Below are positions 9,353-19,296 of a stretch of DNA of 64,000 bases, piece by piece. The DNA lies in assembly GCA_963663865.1 (NCBI GenBank), contig OY760686.1:1984001-2048000 (forward strand), written 5' to 3'. Source of the DNA: Spirochaetota bacterium (GTDB lineage Bacteria; Spirochaetota; UBA4802; UBA5550). Within the stretch, counting starts at the first letter, position 1; every line of letters begins with the position of its first letter. Below the pieces are notes generated by a model. That model was not told the DNA's origin, did not search any database, and saw only the letters and a list, made by a program, of their open reading frames with translations. The position numbers and the translations under genes are program-made.

Positions 9353-12169
9353 TTAAAGGCTCAAAGCCATAACCAGGGTTGATACAGACTGGAATATAAT
9401 CTGCGTAATGTCCCTGAACATAGGCCTCCACATAACCGGTATATTTATCTCAAAAGGAACTACAACCGCGTCGCCTTCTTCAAGCTCGAGATCGTCCAGG
9501 TCCCTGAAGAAGTTCTCATAGCTGTCACGTGATATAATCTTTCCGTTAGCCTTGATGACATATATATTGTCAAGATCAGAATTCTTGGCGGGCCCTCCGA
9601 CATCATCAAGATAATCTTCAACCGTCTTGTTCTGGACATGCGGCATGGATATCTGGTTGTAAACATTTCCGAGCACGAGCACATAGTTCGGCTTTGCCGG
9701 AACGAAGATATAGTCGTCCTGCACAAGCTCAATATTGTCGTCACTGCTCTTAAGGCTGTCTATTGTTGCCGGTATGTCAAGCGCCAGCCTTCCCAGAGCC
9801 ATCTTTGACTTTTTCTTTATCAGGGCGAGCATTTGCTGCTGTTGCCTCATTACAATAGTTATCGCGGACTTTTCCTCGTCCGACCCTCCCGCAGCTGCAA
9901 GGCCCGAAGAGCTCTTATTGACGTACTCCTCCATGGCGACCATGGATATGTTTATCTGGTTCATCTGAAGACGCTGCGCGTTTCTTCTGGTAAAAATTAG
10001 GCCCCTCGGGTAAGCTGTGTCCGTGTAGCCTCCGGCAGCTTCAATAATGTCAGAGAGCTTCATCCCCGGCTTATACTCATAGACACCCGGCTTGTTAACC
10101 TCACCTATAAGAGTTATAGTCTTGTTCTTTTCGTTGGACTCGGTCTTGCGTATTACAATTTTATCGCCCGGCCGGAGCTTTAGGTTGGCTTTTTCGTCTC
10201 CCCTGACAAGAAGGTCATGCAGGTATACAGTCCTTCTTGTCGTATCCTTTTCCTTTTTACCGAGTTTCATAATCTTCATTTTTTCAGATTCGGTAAGCTT
10301 AACGTTAGGATCAGCTTTCTGCTCATCACGCTTAAACAGGCCCTTTAACTCAGGATTGCTTTTGAGAAACAAATCAATATTTTCATCAGAGGCCTTTTCA
10401 GCATCGACCTCCTTTTCATCTTCTTTAAAAAGCTCATCTGCCGGCTCAATGTCTTTGACCTCAGCCGGATCGATTTCGCCTGTTTTCAGCTCTTTTGAGT
10501 AAATCTCAGCTTTTAAAATTGACGCAGATCCTTTGAGACGGACCTGTTTGAGCGCGTCTAACATCTTAATCCCTTCAAAGTAAGGGACAAGTTTTGACTC
10601 TTCAACCTGCCCTGAAACATGCATGGGCTCTTCAAGCCATCTAGGGTAGAAAGTAATCTGGTCTCTTTTCTCCAGAACGATGTCGGATTTACCGTTTAAT
10701 ATATTCTCAGGAGCAAAGGAGATCACAGTCGTTGTATGCTTTCTCCTTACGTCGCCAATTCTTGCATCCGTGTCAGGCAGCAGCTGGGCCTTCTTCATTA
10801 CTTCGCTGAGCTTAAGCCCCTCTTTCCAGGAGTACTTGCCGGGATACCTTATATGCCCGGCGACTTCGATTTCGTTTTCAATTACGGAGTTTATCTGCTC
10901 TACTCCGATAAAATCGCCATCATCCATCACCTTTTGGAGAAACTCAGTTTTGTCCAACGAGCCCTCATATATATAGACTTTATCGTTTTCATATCGATAG
11001 TGTTTAATTCCCGGATTATAAGCTGAAAAAGAAGCACCTCCAGCGTAGTCGATTGCGCTTTGCACGGTATCACCATTCGAGATTTCGTAAATAGCGGGTC
11101 TCTTTACATCACCCGTGACTGCGGCAGTCTTTCCTATCTCATTGACAAGAACGCTGTCTCCCTCCCTTACTGTCACATCTGCCGGTTTTCCTGAAACAAG
11201 GAAGTCATAGAGATCGACTCTGATTTTCTTCTGCTTTCCGGATTCCATACGGGTAATTTCAATATTTCTGAGGCTGCCATTCTTCGCGACTCCGCCTGCC
11301 TGGACAAGTACATCAATAATCGAGTATGTTCCGAGTGACTGAACCACACCCGGTTTTTCAACAAACCCTGACACGTAAACGGGAAACTGTCTGAGCTGAC
11401 CCAGCGTGAGAGCTATCTCAAAACGCTTGTATTTTTTTGCGAGTGAGTTGTGAACGATCTTCTTTATTTTGTTTATTTCAAGGCCCCAGACATAGAAAAC
11501 ACCGAGGTTAGGTACAAAAATCTTCCCGTCCCTGTCTACTGTTATAGAATAGAAGCCGTTAAGCCCGAGAATATCAACCGGATCACCCCAGAAGTACAGA
11601 AAAAGGGTGTCACCGGGTCCGACAGCGTATTTGTCGCCTACAGGGAGAAAGTTTTCAGCTGACCTGACTTTGAAAAAATCGTAGCCAAATTGACGAAGCT
11701 TTTTGTCTTCTTTGATCATGTACTCGTCTTCTTCTTCGATCTTTTCAGCTGCCCTTTTTTCAGGCAATCTGCTATTATATACTTTCTCTATTGATGAAAG
11801 CGGCTCTTTTGAATATAACCTGTATAGTTCGTCATCTGTCAGCAGTGACTTTTGATCTTTTGCCTGCGAACTGCTTTTATCAGTTGAGGGACGTGTATTT
11901 ATTATTGAATCAGCCTTCGACGGCGTTTTACGCTGATTAAAAAGATTGGTTTGAGAGCCGTCGCTGCTGTAGTGAACACCGCTTCCTTGAAGCAGCAGCT
12001 CCTGCTGCGACATCACCTGCGCCCCGGCTCCGCTGCCGATGAGAATGGCAAAAGCTGTAAGCATCAGATACGCTGTCAGCTTGAACTTAGTCAGGCCTGT
12101 TTTTAGAAACCGTTTGAGAGAATTCATCATTAAAGTTATTCCATTTATTAAATGCTTAGTATTTATCAA
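9353..12169 (-). CDS. Polysaccharide export protein with multiple SLBB domains (Wza/KpsD-like)
   Basis: FGYDFF, Y.VGPGD..., VDRDGKIFVP.LG and repeated G.V.KPG.Y SLBB motifs. The exact start is uncertain. Confidence 0.88.
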   Translation of the reverse strand: MINTKHLINGITLMMNSLKRFLKTGLTKFKLTAYLMLTAFAILIGSGAGAQVMSQQELLLQGSGVHYSSDGSQTNLFNQRKTPSKADSIINTRPSTDKSSSQAKDQKSLLTDDELYRLYSKEPLSSIEKVYNSRLPEKRAAEKIEEEDEYMIKEDKKLRQFGYDFFKVRSAENFLPVGDKYAVGPGDTLFLYFWGDPVDILGLNGFYSITVDRDGKIFVPNLGVFYVWGLEINKIKKIVHNSLAKKYKRFEIALTLGQLRQFPVYVSGFVEKPGVVQSLGTYSIIDVLVQAGGVAKNGSLRNIEITRMESGKQKKIRVDLYDFLVSGKPADVTVREGDSVLVNEIGKTAAVTGDVKRPAIYEISNGDTVQSAIDYAGGASFSAYNPGIKHYRYENDKVYIYEGSLDKTEFLQKVMDDGDFIGVEQINSVIENEIEVAGHIRYPGKYSWKEGLKLSEVMKKAQLLPDTDARIGDVRRKHTTTVISFAPENILNGKSDIVLEKRDQITFYPRWLEEPMHVSGQVEESKLVPYFEGIKMLDALKQVRLKGSASILKAEIYSKELKTGEIDPAEVKDIEPADELFKEDEKEVDAEKASDENIDLFLKSNPELKGLFKRDEQKADPNVKLTESEKMKIMKLGKKEKDTTRRTVYLHDLLVRGDEKANLKLRPGDKIVIRKTESNEKNKTITLIGEVNKPGVYEYKPGMKLSDIIEAAGGYTDTAYPRGLIFTRRNAQRLQMNQINISMVAMEEYVNKSSSGLAAAGGSDEEKSAITIVMRQQQQMLALIKKKSKMALGRLALDIPATIDSLKSSDDNIELVQDDYIFVPAKPNYVLVLGNVYNQISMPHVQNKTVEDYLDDVGGPAKNSDLDNIYVIKANGKIISRDSYENFFRDLDDLELEEGDAVVVPFEINIPVMWRPMFRDITQIIFQSVSTLVMALSL

Positions 12170-12854
12170 TTACAAGCTGTTAAGACTTCAGGCATTGGGC
12201 CGTAAACATTTAGCGCCTGAATAATTTTGACAAAGACTGTTTTGAACAGTCTCCAGTGATGGGAGGAACTTTTCCAAATCCCATCTTAGTAATGTGTTTT
12301 TTGGCATGAAAAAGTGACACATAAAATTTAAAAAAGACGAATTTTTTTCAAAATCGCTTTTCCAGCACAAAACTTCCAATCAATCTTCACCATCCTCCCG
12401 CCTGCTTTCTCAATCCGCGGCGAGGTTTAACACGACCAGCACAGTTAACCATTGGTACGACAAGCATGCTGTATTCAAGAGTTTTTTTCAAAAAACAATT
12501 ACATTTATATGTATGTATTTGAGAAAAACAGCCGTACTTTTTTTTACAAACCCCAATTTATGTCAACACATATTTCGATAATACAAAATAAATTAAACAC
12601 ATTCAAATCACCGCCTGATATCAAAGAGCGCGAACCCTGCAAAAACTTCACACCATTCGCCTGGGACAAAGCCTTAACCAGGTTGATATATTGCAATCAT
12701 AAATTATAAACCGCAATAAGTCAATGCAGGATAGGCTTATTTCCTATTCTTTTTCGTATTACTTATTGACCTTATCAAAAAATGAAATAAAATTGCGTTG
12801 ATAAAGGTGTGATACTTTAAGGCTGTGTGATATCCAGTGTAATTCGGAGGCAGC

Positions 12855-13361
12855 ATGAGAACAGCGATCCCTTTGAGTCTCAGGAAAACCGATATCCTTA
12901 TTTTAATTTTCTTCTTCATCAACATTCTTTTCATTACTTATATCGTGGATTTGGAACAGCTTGTTATCGACGACCCGTCGAGTTTTGACTATCCCGTCTG
13001 GCCGCTCCCCTTCATGGTGGATATTGTCCATTGGTGGGGCAACAACTTCGACCCGGTGCTGATTGCCAGACCTGCGTGGTGGCGCGCTACCATATGGATA
13101 GACTCGCTCTTCTTCGGGCCGTTCTACATCTTCGCCATTTACGCCTTCATCAAAGGCAGGGAGTGGATAAGACTTCCGGCAATAATCTACTCATCTGTCC
13201 TTGTTACGAATGTCGTCATCATCCTCTTCGAGGAGATGAGGGGTATCCACAGTACGCCGAGTCCATTGCCGGTCCTTCTGGCAAATCTTCCCTGGCTGGT
13301 TTTTCCAGCTCTCATAATATTCAGAATGAGGAACGAACATCCATTCACAACGCAACTGTAA
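12855..13361 (+). CDS. EXPERA (EBP/TMEM97-like) four-TM membrane protein
   Basis: FD-P-L..P.W, WIDSLFFGPFY..AIYAF, IIYSS and NLPWLVFP pattern; GGAGG RBS. Confidence 0.7.
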   Translation: MRTAIPLSLRKTDILILIFFFINILFITYIVDLEQLVIDDPSSFDYPVWPLPFMVDIVHWWGNNFDPVLIARPAWWRATIWIDSLFFGPFYIFAIYAFIKGREWIRLPAIIYSSVLVTNVVIILFEEMRGIHSTPSPLPVLLANLPWLVFPALIIFRMRNEHPFTTQL

Positions 13362-13488
13362 GGAGGGCTTTTTTACAGCTCTCCGGGCAATACACTTGAC
13401 ATTGTGAGCCTGTTCTTTTCCTGTTCTATGAGAATGAACTTAATTTGTCTATAATGAATAATAACTTTATCCGGAGGCAAGGAATACC

Positions 13489-14076
13489 ATGTTAAGAAAA
13501 TCTTTTGCAGTAAGCTTCGCAGCCGCGGCGGCTTTAATGCTTTCTTCATGCGGATACAACACGATGCAGCAGCAGGAAGAGAATGTCTTCAGCGCGTGGG
13601 CCGACCTGGAGTCAACGCTTCAGCGAAGAGCCGACCTTATTCCCAATCTGGTAAACACGGTAAAGGGTTACGCCGCTCACGAGAAGGAAACGCTCACACA
13701 GGTAATCAAGGCAAGGTCGCAGGCAACGGGGGTTAAACTCAGCGCAAAGGACCTCAGCAATCCGCAGGCCCTGCAAAACTTTCAGAAGGCCCAGGACTCT
13801 CTGTCAGGCGCCCTCTCACGCCTCATGGTTGTAGTTGAAAAATATCCCGATTTGAAGGCCGACAGGCATTTCTCCGACCTTATGAACCAGCTTGAAGGAA
13901 CAGAGAACAGAATCAACGTAGCAAGAATGCGCTACAACGAGGCCGTTAAAACATTCAACTTCTCTATAAGAAAGTTTCCATACAACCTTACAAACAACAT
14001 CATGCTGAATCTCGAAAGAAAGGAATACTTCAAGGCAGAAGAAAAGGCCAAAGAGGTTCCGGAAGTCAAGTTTTAA
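13489..14076 (+). CDS. lemA: LemA family lipoprotein
   Basis: LSSCGYN lipobox, [25 protein letters not shown] and [14 protein letters not shown]. Confidence 0.95.
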   Translation: MLRKSFAVSFAAAAALMLSSCGYNTMQQQEENVFSAWADLESTLQRRADLIPNLVNTVKGYAAHEKETLTQVIKARSQATGVKLSAKDLSNPQALQNFQKAQDSLSGALSRLMVVVEKYPDLKADRHFSDLMNQLEGTENRINVARMRYNEAVKTFNFSIRKFPYNLTNNIMLNLERKEYFKAEEKAKEVPEVKF

Positions 14077-14081
14077 TTCAG

Positions 14082-14111
14082 GCGGGCGCGGTTCATCCCG
14101 CGTTTGCTTTT
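14082..14111 (+). terminator. GC-rich hairpin plus T-run after lemA (possible intra-operon terminator or stabiliser)
   Basis: gcgggcgcgg-ttcatc-ccgcgtttgc-tttt, a stem with G-U pairs. Confidence 0.45.
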
Positions 14112-14126
14112 CAGGAGGCAGAAAAG

Positions 14127-14999
14127 ATGAGATTTCTTCAAGCCGTGACTACCCTCATGGCGTTAATTATTCCTATCACCCTGTCCGCGAAGGAGGTTGA
14201 GCTTCCGGAACTCAAGGCCCGCGTGAACGACTACGCTCAGATTCTCACCGAAAGCCAGGAAGCCGCTCTGGAGCAGAAGTTAGCGGCTTTTGAAAAGTCC
14301 GACTCAACACAGATCGCTCTGCTGACCATTAAATCGCTTGAGGGAGGCTCGCTTGAGCTCTTTTCAATCAAGCTGGCCGAAAAGTGGAAGATTGGGCACA
14401 GTGGACGCGACAACGGCGTTATAATCATTGTATCAGAAAAAGACCGCGCGATCAGAATTGAGGTGGGCTACGGGCTTGAAGGAAAGCTTACTGACGCGGT
14501 ATCGGGCCGTATAATCAGAGAGGTAATGTACCCGGCCTTCAGGTCAGGCGACTACTACTCGGGCATAGAGGGAGCGGTCACAGCGATAATCGACGTCACG
14601 AGGGGTGAATTCAGCGCTTCCGGATTCAACCCCGCCCCCCCTGAAAAAAGCAAAGCGGGTGGTACCGTTCTGGTCTTTCTGCTGGTAATGAGTGTTCTCG
14701 CTATAGCTTCTGTTAAACCGCTCAAACGTGCCATAACCGGCGCTGTTGCGGCACCGCTCATCGCCTGGATGGCATTCCCCGGCGCTCTGTGGATGCTTCT
14801 TCTGCTTCCGGCGGGCATACTTCTTGGCCTGTTGCTGCCTCCTCTTCTGAAGATAATCTTCCTGGCATGGGTGGCCAACATGGCAGCCGGTTCATCGTCA
14901 CGAGGCGGCGGCGGATTTGGCGGCGGAAGCTTCGGAGGCGGAGGTTTCAGCGGCGGCGGTGGAGGATTCGGCGGCGGCGGTGCTTCCGGCAGGTGGTAA
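14127..14999 (+). CDS. TPM-domain (YgcG-like) membrane protein with Gly-rich tail
   Basis: VNDYAQIL, W.IG..GRDNGV, RIEVGYGLEG.LTD and C-terminal GGGGFGGGGASGRW. Confidence 0.92.
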   Translation: MRFLQAVTTLMALIIPITLSAKEVELPELKARVNDYAQILTESQEAALEQKLAAFEKSDSTQIALLTIKSLEGGSLELFSIKLAEKWKIGHSGRDNGVIIIVSEKDRAIRIEVGYGLEGKLTDAVSGRIIREVMYPAFRSGDYYSGIEGAVTAIIDVTRGEFSASGFNPAPPEKSKAGGTVLVFLLVMSVLAIASVKPLKRAITGAVAAPLIAWMAFPGALWMLLLLPAGILLGLLLPPLLKIIFLAWVANMAAGSSSRGGGGFGGGSFGGGGFSGGGGGFGGGGASGRW

Positions 15000-15032
15000 T
15001 ATCCCCCCCAAATTGAATACCGAGGTGAAATC

Positions 15033-15668
15033 ATGAAAGACCTTACGAAAAAGTTTTTAAGCGAACAGGACAAAAAACGGATCATAGATACCGTTAAAGA
15101 TATTGAAAAGACAACTTCAGGCGAAATTGTACCGATGATTGTATCAAGAAGCCACGCCTACAACGCGCCGAGACTTCTGGGAACATTACTGAGCTCACTG
15201 GCAATTGCCCTCGCAGCGGCTTTCATTCTAAAGAATTACACAATATGGCTCTTCGTGCCGGCCTTTGCGGTATCTCTTTTTGCCGTCTGGGGCCTCAGCG
15301 GAGTCTGCGACCCCTTTCACCGCTTCTTTATTCCCGATGAGGTTATAGAAAGCGAGGTCAGCGACGCGGCAATGAGGGCGTTCTATGAAAGCGGGCTGTA
15401 CAGGACCAGAGCTGAAACAGGAGTTCTTCTCTTTATTTCAATCTTTGAGAGACGGGTTTACGTCCTCGCTGACAGGGGCATTAACGAGAGGGTTGACAGG
15501 CAGGCCTGGGAAAAAGCGGCTTCCATAATAACTGATGGCATTAAACATGGCAGCCAGGTTGACGCGATCTGCGAAGCGGTAAAATATGCCGGCGCCCTTT
15601 TAGCAGAGCAGTTCCCGCCCGGAGACGATAATCCAGATGAGCTCAGGAATTTCATTAGCGGGAAGTAG
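15033..15668 (+). CDS. TPM-domain membrane protein (second partner of LemA)
   Basis: EKTTSGEIV, T...TGVLLFIS..ERRV.VLADRGI and NPDEL motifs. Confidence 0.88.
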   Translation: MKDLTKKFLSEQDKKRIIDTVKDIEKTTSGEIVPMIVSRSHAYNAPRLLGTLLSSLAIALAAAFILKNYTIWLFVPAFAVSLFAVWGLSGVCDPFHRFFIPDEVIESEVSDAAMRAFYESGLYRTRAETGVLLFISIFERRVYVLADRGINERVDRQAWEKAASIITDGIKHGSQVDAICEAVKYAGALLAEQFPPGDDNPDELRNFISGK

Positions 15669-15732
15669 CATTCCGGTTGGGGGCTTTACCCGCAAGACGA
15701 AAAACCCGGTAACTATTAAGAGTAATAATACA

Positions 15733-16713
15733 ATGACAGACACCACAGCGCAGGAAACAGAAAAGAAACTCAAGCTCTACAGCGACCTGGGAAGGTTCTT
15801 TGATTCTGACGGCAGCTTCAGGGAAGGCATTTTCAGGGAACTTTTTGCCGGCAACATCGGGAGGCTAAGAGGCATGCATGCTTCTGAAGCCGACGCCGAC
15901 TTGAGAACAGCCAAATCGATTTCCGAATACATCGCGGTAATTCTCGACTATCTGGAGGTAAAAAAGCTCCCGGATGCGGCAGTCACTCTTTTCAAGGCCG
16001 CGCGCGACGAGGCAGCTGCCGCCGGCATCGCTGACATCTCGATACAGGGCCGGCACACATCCTTTCTGCTTTCAGCCTCCCGTAATGAACCTAAAAAAAG
16101 CGAAAAGAACAGGCCCGTCGACGAAAAGATTAAGATGATATACGACGCCGCTCTGAATGTGTTCGAAGATGAAGGCTTCCGCAAGGCCACCATGGACAAG
16201 ATCGCCCAATCAGCCGGAATCGGAAAGGCATCTGTCTACCGTATATTCAAGAACAAGGAGGAGCTTCTCGACAAGCTTCTGCAGCAGGAATTTGATATCA
16301 TTGTCAGGGGCATTAACAAGATCAATTCCAGCAACACCGAAGTCACCGAGCAGATAAGCGAGATGATCCGTTACTGGATTGGCTATGTTTCACACAACCA
16401 CACAGTCTATCAGCTAATACAGACAGAATCAAATTCCGAAGGCATTCACAACAAGGTGCTGTTTTACCACCATCTAACTTCCAACCTCCCGATGTTCAAG
16501 GAGCGTATTGTCTCACAGAACCTTCAAAACCGCCTGAAGACCATAAACTTCTACACTGTTTTCTACGGCATCCTGGGCTATATTGACGGGGTAATAATCA
16601 AGTGGATGAGAAGCGGCCGTGACTACAATCTCTCCGACGAGATTCCCGAGATAATAGATGTCCTCTTCTCCGGCTTTGTCGAATACAGCGAAATCCCCAA
16701 TCTGAGGTTATAA
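15733..16713 (+). CDS. TetR/AcrR regulator with ~125-aa N-terminal extension
   Basis: IYDAALNVF..EGF.KATMDKIA..AGIGKASVY.IFKNKEELL HTH lies in mid-protein. Confidence 0.8.
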   Translation: MTDTTAQETEKKLKLYSDLGRFFDSDGSFREGIFRELFAGNIGRLRGMHASEADADLRTAKSISEYIAVILDYLEVKKLPDAAVTLFKAARDEAAAAGIADISIQGRHTSFLLSASRNEPKKSEKNRPVDEKIKMIYDAALNVFEDEGFRKATMDKIAQSAGIGKASVYRIFKNKEELLDKLLQQEFDIIVRGINKINSSNTEVTEQISEMIRYWIGYVSHNHTVYQLIQTESNSEGIHNKVLFYHHLTSNLPMFKERIVSQNLQNRLKTINFYTVFYGILGYIDGVIIKWMRSGRDYNLSDEIPEIIDVLFSGFVEYSEIPNLRL

Positions 16714-16719
16714 ACAGAA

Positions 16720-18120
16720 ATGCTTAAATTCCCGGTGAGGTTATTCCTCTTCATTCTGATACCTGTAATACCCCTTATTATATTCAGCTCATCTTTTCCT
16801 GAGGGCTCTGAAGGCGGCCCTCTTTTTCTGCAGGTGCACTATACGAGTCCGCTGAGCGGTGTAAGTTCAGAGCAGCTAAGCGCGCTTCTTTCCGGAAAAC
16901 CCCTTGATACGGCGGCTCCTTCAGTCACGGGTACGTTTGAGGTCTTCGCCGACAGCGCTGTGGCGGACGGGCTCATAGAGCAATATCCTCAGCTCAAAGC
17001 AAAGCGCGCGGACTTCAGCTCCAGCTCTCTTTCATCTCTTCGCAACTTTATAGGCATCTCCGATTCACGAGGGCTTCAGCCCTGCTTCAAAGTACTTCCG
17101 GTTGACGGCGTTCTTCCCTGGACGGCGGTGGATGATGCCGCCCGTAATGAGTCTGCCTACCCCTTCACAGCCGGCTTTGCAAGGCAGTGGGACAGCTCCG
17201 GGCACGTCAGCGTTGTGCAGACCGGCGTAACCGCCATGACTAGGGCTTTTATTCCTGCGGTAAAGCGCTCCGGCGATGTTCTTTCGCCAGTTCGTGAAAC
17301 ATGGGAGATAACCTCGTCGGCGGATATAGCCATGACCTCAAACGAGGTTTCCTTTGACGACAAATGCACCTATCCGTTCAAGGACAGAATGAGCTTCTGC
17401 TCTCCGAAGGAGTACTACCGAATTTTACAAAAGTCAGGCTTCGACGTAATTGAACTTACCGGCAACCACAACAACGACTATGGAACCGGCAACAGCATCA
17501 AAACCCTGGACATGTATGAAAAGGACGGAATAGTCTGTTTCGGCGGCGGCAGGAATACCGATGAAGCAGAACGGATAAGATACGTCGACGTAAAGGGAAC
17601 ACGCTTCGCGTTCACAGGCTTCAACCAGTGGGGGCCGCCTCAGGCATGGGCGGGCAATGATTCTCCGGGAGCGGCCCGGCTCACCCGTGAAAAGTTTTTC
17701 GCAGCGGTCAAAGAGGCTGCGGCCAAAGCGGACATTGTATTTGTGTCAGTGCAGTGGGGTAACGAAAACAGCCCTGTTCCACACCCCATTCAGACGGAGT
17801 ATTTCAGAAAGGCCGCTGAGATGGGGGCCCATATCCTTGTGTCTTCGTCGGCGCACAGACCAATGGGAATTGAGTTCCACGCCGGAAGGTTTATATCATA
17901 CGGCCTGGGAAACTTCCTTTTCGACCAGATGCAGACAGTCAATCACAGACGGGGTCTCATCGCGAGGCACCATTTCTACCGCAAGAGGCACATACAGACT
18001 GAACTTATACCCTACCTCATTCACAGCCACTCCCGGCCGGTTCTTCAAAAGGGTGCTGACGCCGGTGCCACGATGAGCGATGTTTTCAGATACAGTCTGG
18101 GCGAGACCTTCGGGAAATAG
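16720..18120 (+). CDS. Exported CapA/PGA_cap-family metallophosphoesterase
   Basis: Signal peptide; SNE, TGNHNNDYG, SVQWG.E, AH.P and YGLGNFLFDQ motifs. Confidence 0.8.
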   Translation: MLKFPVRLFLFILIPVIPLIIFSSSFPEGSEGGPLFLQVHYTSPLSGVSSEQLSALLSGKPLDTAAPSVTGTFEVFADSAVADGLIEQYPQLKAKRADFSSSSLSSLRNFIGISDSRGLQPCFKVLPVDGVLPWTAVDDAARNESAYPFTAGFARQWDSSGHVSVVQTGVTAMTRAFIPAVKRSGDVLSPVRETWEITSSADIAMTSNEVSFDDKCTYPFKDRMSFCSPKEYYRILQKSGFDVIELTGNHNNDYGTGNSIKTLDMYEKDGIVCFGGGRNTDEAERIRYVDVKGTRFAFTGFNQWGPPQAWAGNDSPGAARLTREKFFAAVKEAAAKADIVFVSVQWGNENSPVPHPIQTEYFRKAAEMGAHILVSSSAHRPMGIEFHAGRFISYGLGNFLFDQMQTVNHRRGLIARHHFYRKRHIQTELIPYLIHSHSRPVLQKGADAGATMSDVFRYSLGETFGK

Positions 18121-18125
18121 AACGT

Positions 18126-19271
18126 TCATGCGTAACTTCCGGCAGCGTCCATAATTTCAATAGCGAAGCTGTGTATGCTGCTGACACGGTCTTTTTCGAC
18201 CCTGAATCCTATGGCACCCTCGTGTCCGCCGCCGTTATCTATGTCAAGCTTCTCAAGTATTCTTCTCAAGTCAAACACCTTGTAGTTCATGCTGCGCCTG
18301 ATTCTGAACTGTATGAGCCCGGTTGTCTCATCGGGGTCATAATAAGCGATGAGCCCGAGGCGTCCGCTTTTTTCCGCGAGGTCGTCAGCAAGCCCTCTCG
18401 CTACCGATACTACCGTATCGCTTCCGAATCGCCTAAAAATCTCGTTGGAGATATCTCTGTCAACTATAACGTAGGAAAAGAGACCATGCTTTCTTTCGTC
18501 CCTGCGCATCATCTCAGCGCACATGCTTTCTTCAGATGACAGCTTCTGTATCTCCGAAAACACCTCGGACATGTCAGAGAGGTTTGTCTTCTTTGTGGTC
18601 TCCATCCCCAGTATGCGGTTGTACATCTCGCTGAATATGCTGTAGTATATCCTTTCACGCCGTGATTTCAGAAAGCTTCCCATTTTTGAATCGCCGATAA
18701 TCCCTGTAAGTACCGCAAGAACGAAATTCCTTGTGAAGGGATTGATTCCGCCGGCGGCGTACCACGGCGAACTTTTCATCTTGAGAGCGAGGTATCCGAC
18801 AAGCTCGCTGGCCGACGATGCCTCTGTTACAAGGCTCAGCTCCGGATCTCCGATGTATTCGCTGTCCGCTCCGATATGGTGATCAATCTCGACTTTCACA
18901 ACGGATTCATCATTTAAGATAAGGTCAATCTCTGGAATTGTGTCAAGCATTGAGCCCTTTGGTGTGTCGCAGATGATGACAGCATCAATGTCATCCGGGA
19001 TTGCTGCGGAAGAGCTCACTATCGCTATTCCATTGTAGCGGCTGATGCTGACGAGGTATTCGAAATGCTCGTGTATGGCATGGCTCTGAAAAATGACAGC
19101 CGGCCTGTCTATCTTTGAGAGCAGTATTCCCGCCGCGACTGTCGAAGAGATGCAGTCCTCGTCCGGGCTCTTATGGCCGAGTATCAGAAAACTTTTCCTG
19201 GTATTGAATACGTCTATTATAGCCGAGGATATCGCCCTTTTCTGCATGATTGTCGGTATTGGTCTCTTCAC
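18126..19271 (-). CDS. DHH/DHHA1 phosphoesterase (NrnA/Pde2-like)
   Basis: GH.SPDEDC, ICD, IDHH, GIIGDS and GGGH..AIG motifs; GTG start with a GGGGAG RBS. Confidence 0.88.
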   Translation of the reverse strand: MKRPIPTIMQKRAISSAIIDVFNTRKSFLILGHKSPDEDCISSTVAAGILLSKIDRPAVIFQSHAIHEHFEYLVSISRYNGIAIVSSSAAIPDDIDAVIICDTPKGSMLDTIPEIDLILNDESVVKVEIDHHIGADSEYIGDPELSLVTEASSASELVGYLALKMKSSPWYAAGGINPFTRNFVLAVLTGIIGDSKMGSFLKSRRERIYYSIFSEMYNRILGMETTKKTNLSDMSEVFSEIQKLSSEESMCAEMMRRDERKHGLFSYVIVDRDISNEIFRRFGSDTVVSVARGLADDLAEKSGRLGLIAYYDPDETTGLIQFRIRRSMNYKVFDLRRILEKLDIDNGGGHEGAIGFRVEKDRVSSIHSFAIEIMDAAGSYA

Positions 19272-19296
19272 AGCGCTCCCCCGTAAAGGATGTTTT

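Noticed and set aside
12605-12625. ggcggtg on the minus strand as an ops/JUMPStart element
   Set aside because: It does not match GGCGGTAG and lies far from the first gene.
12650-12685. ccattcgcctgggacaaagcc resembles part of a c-di-GMP-I riboswitch
   Set aside because: It lacks the GGCAAA leader, the GNRA-capped stem and GACGCAAA; the similarity is superficial.
14904-14990. GGC-rich repeat and antisense Pro-rich ORF 14555-15085
   Set aside because: Explained by the normal Gly-rich tail of the TPM protein.
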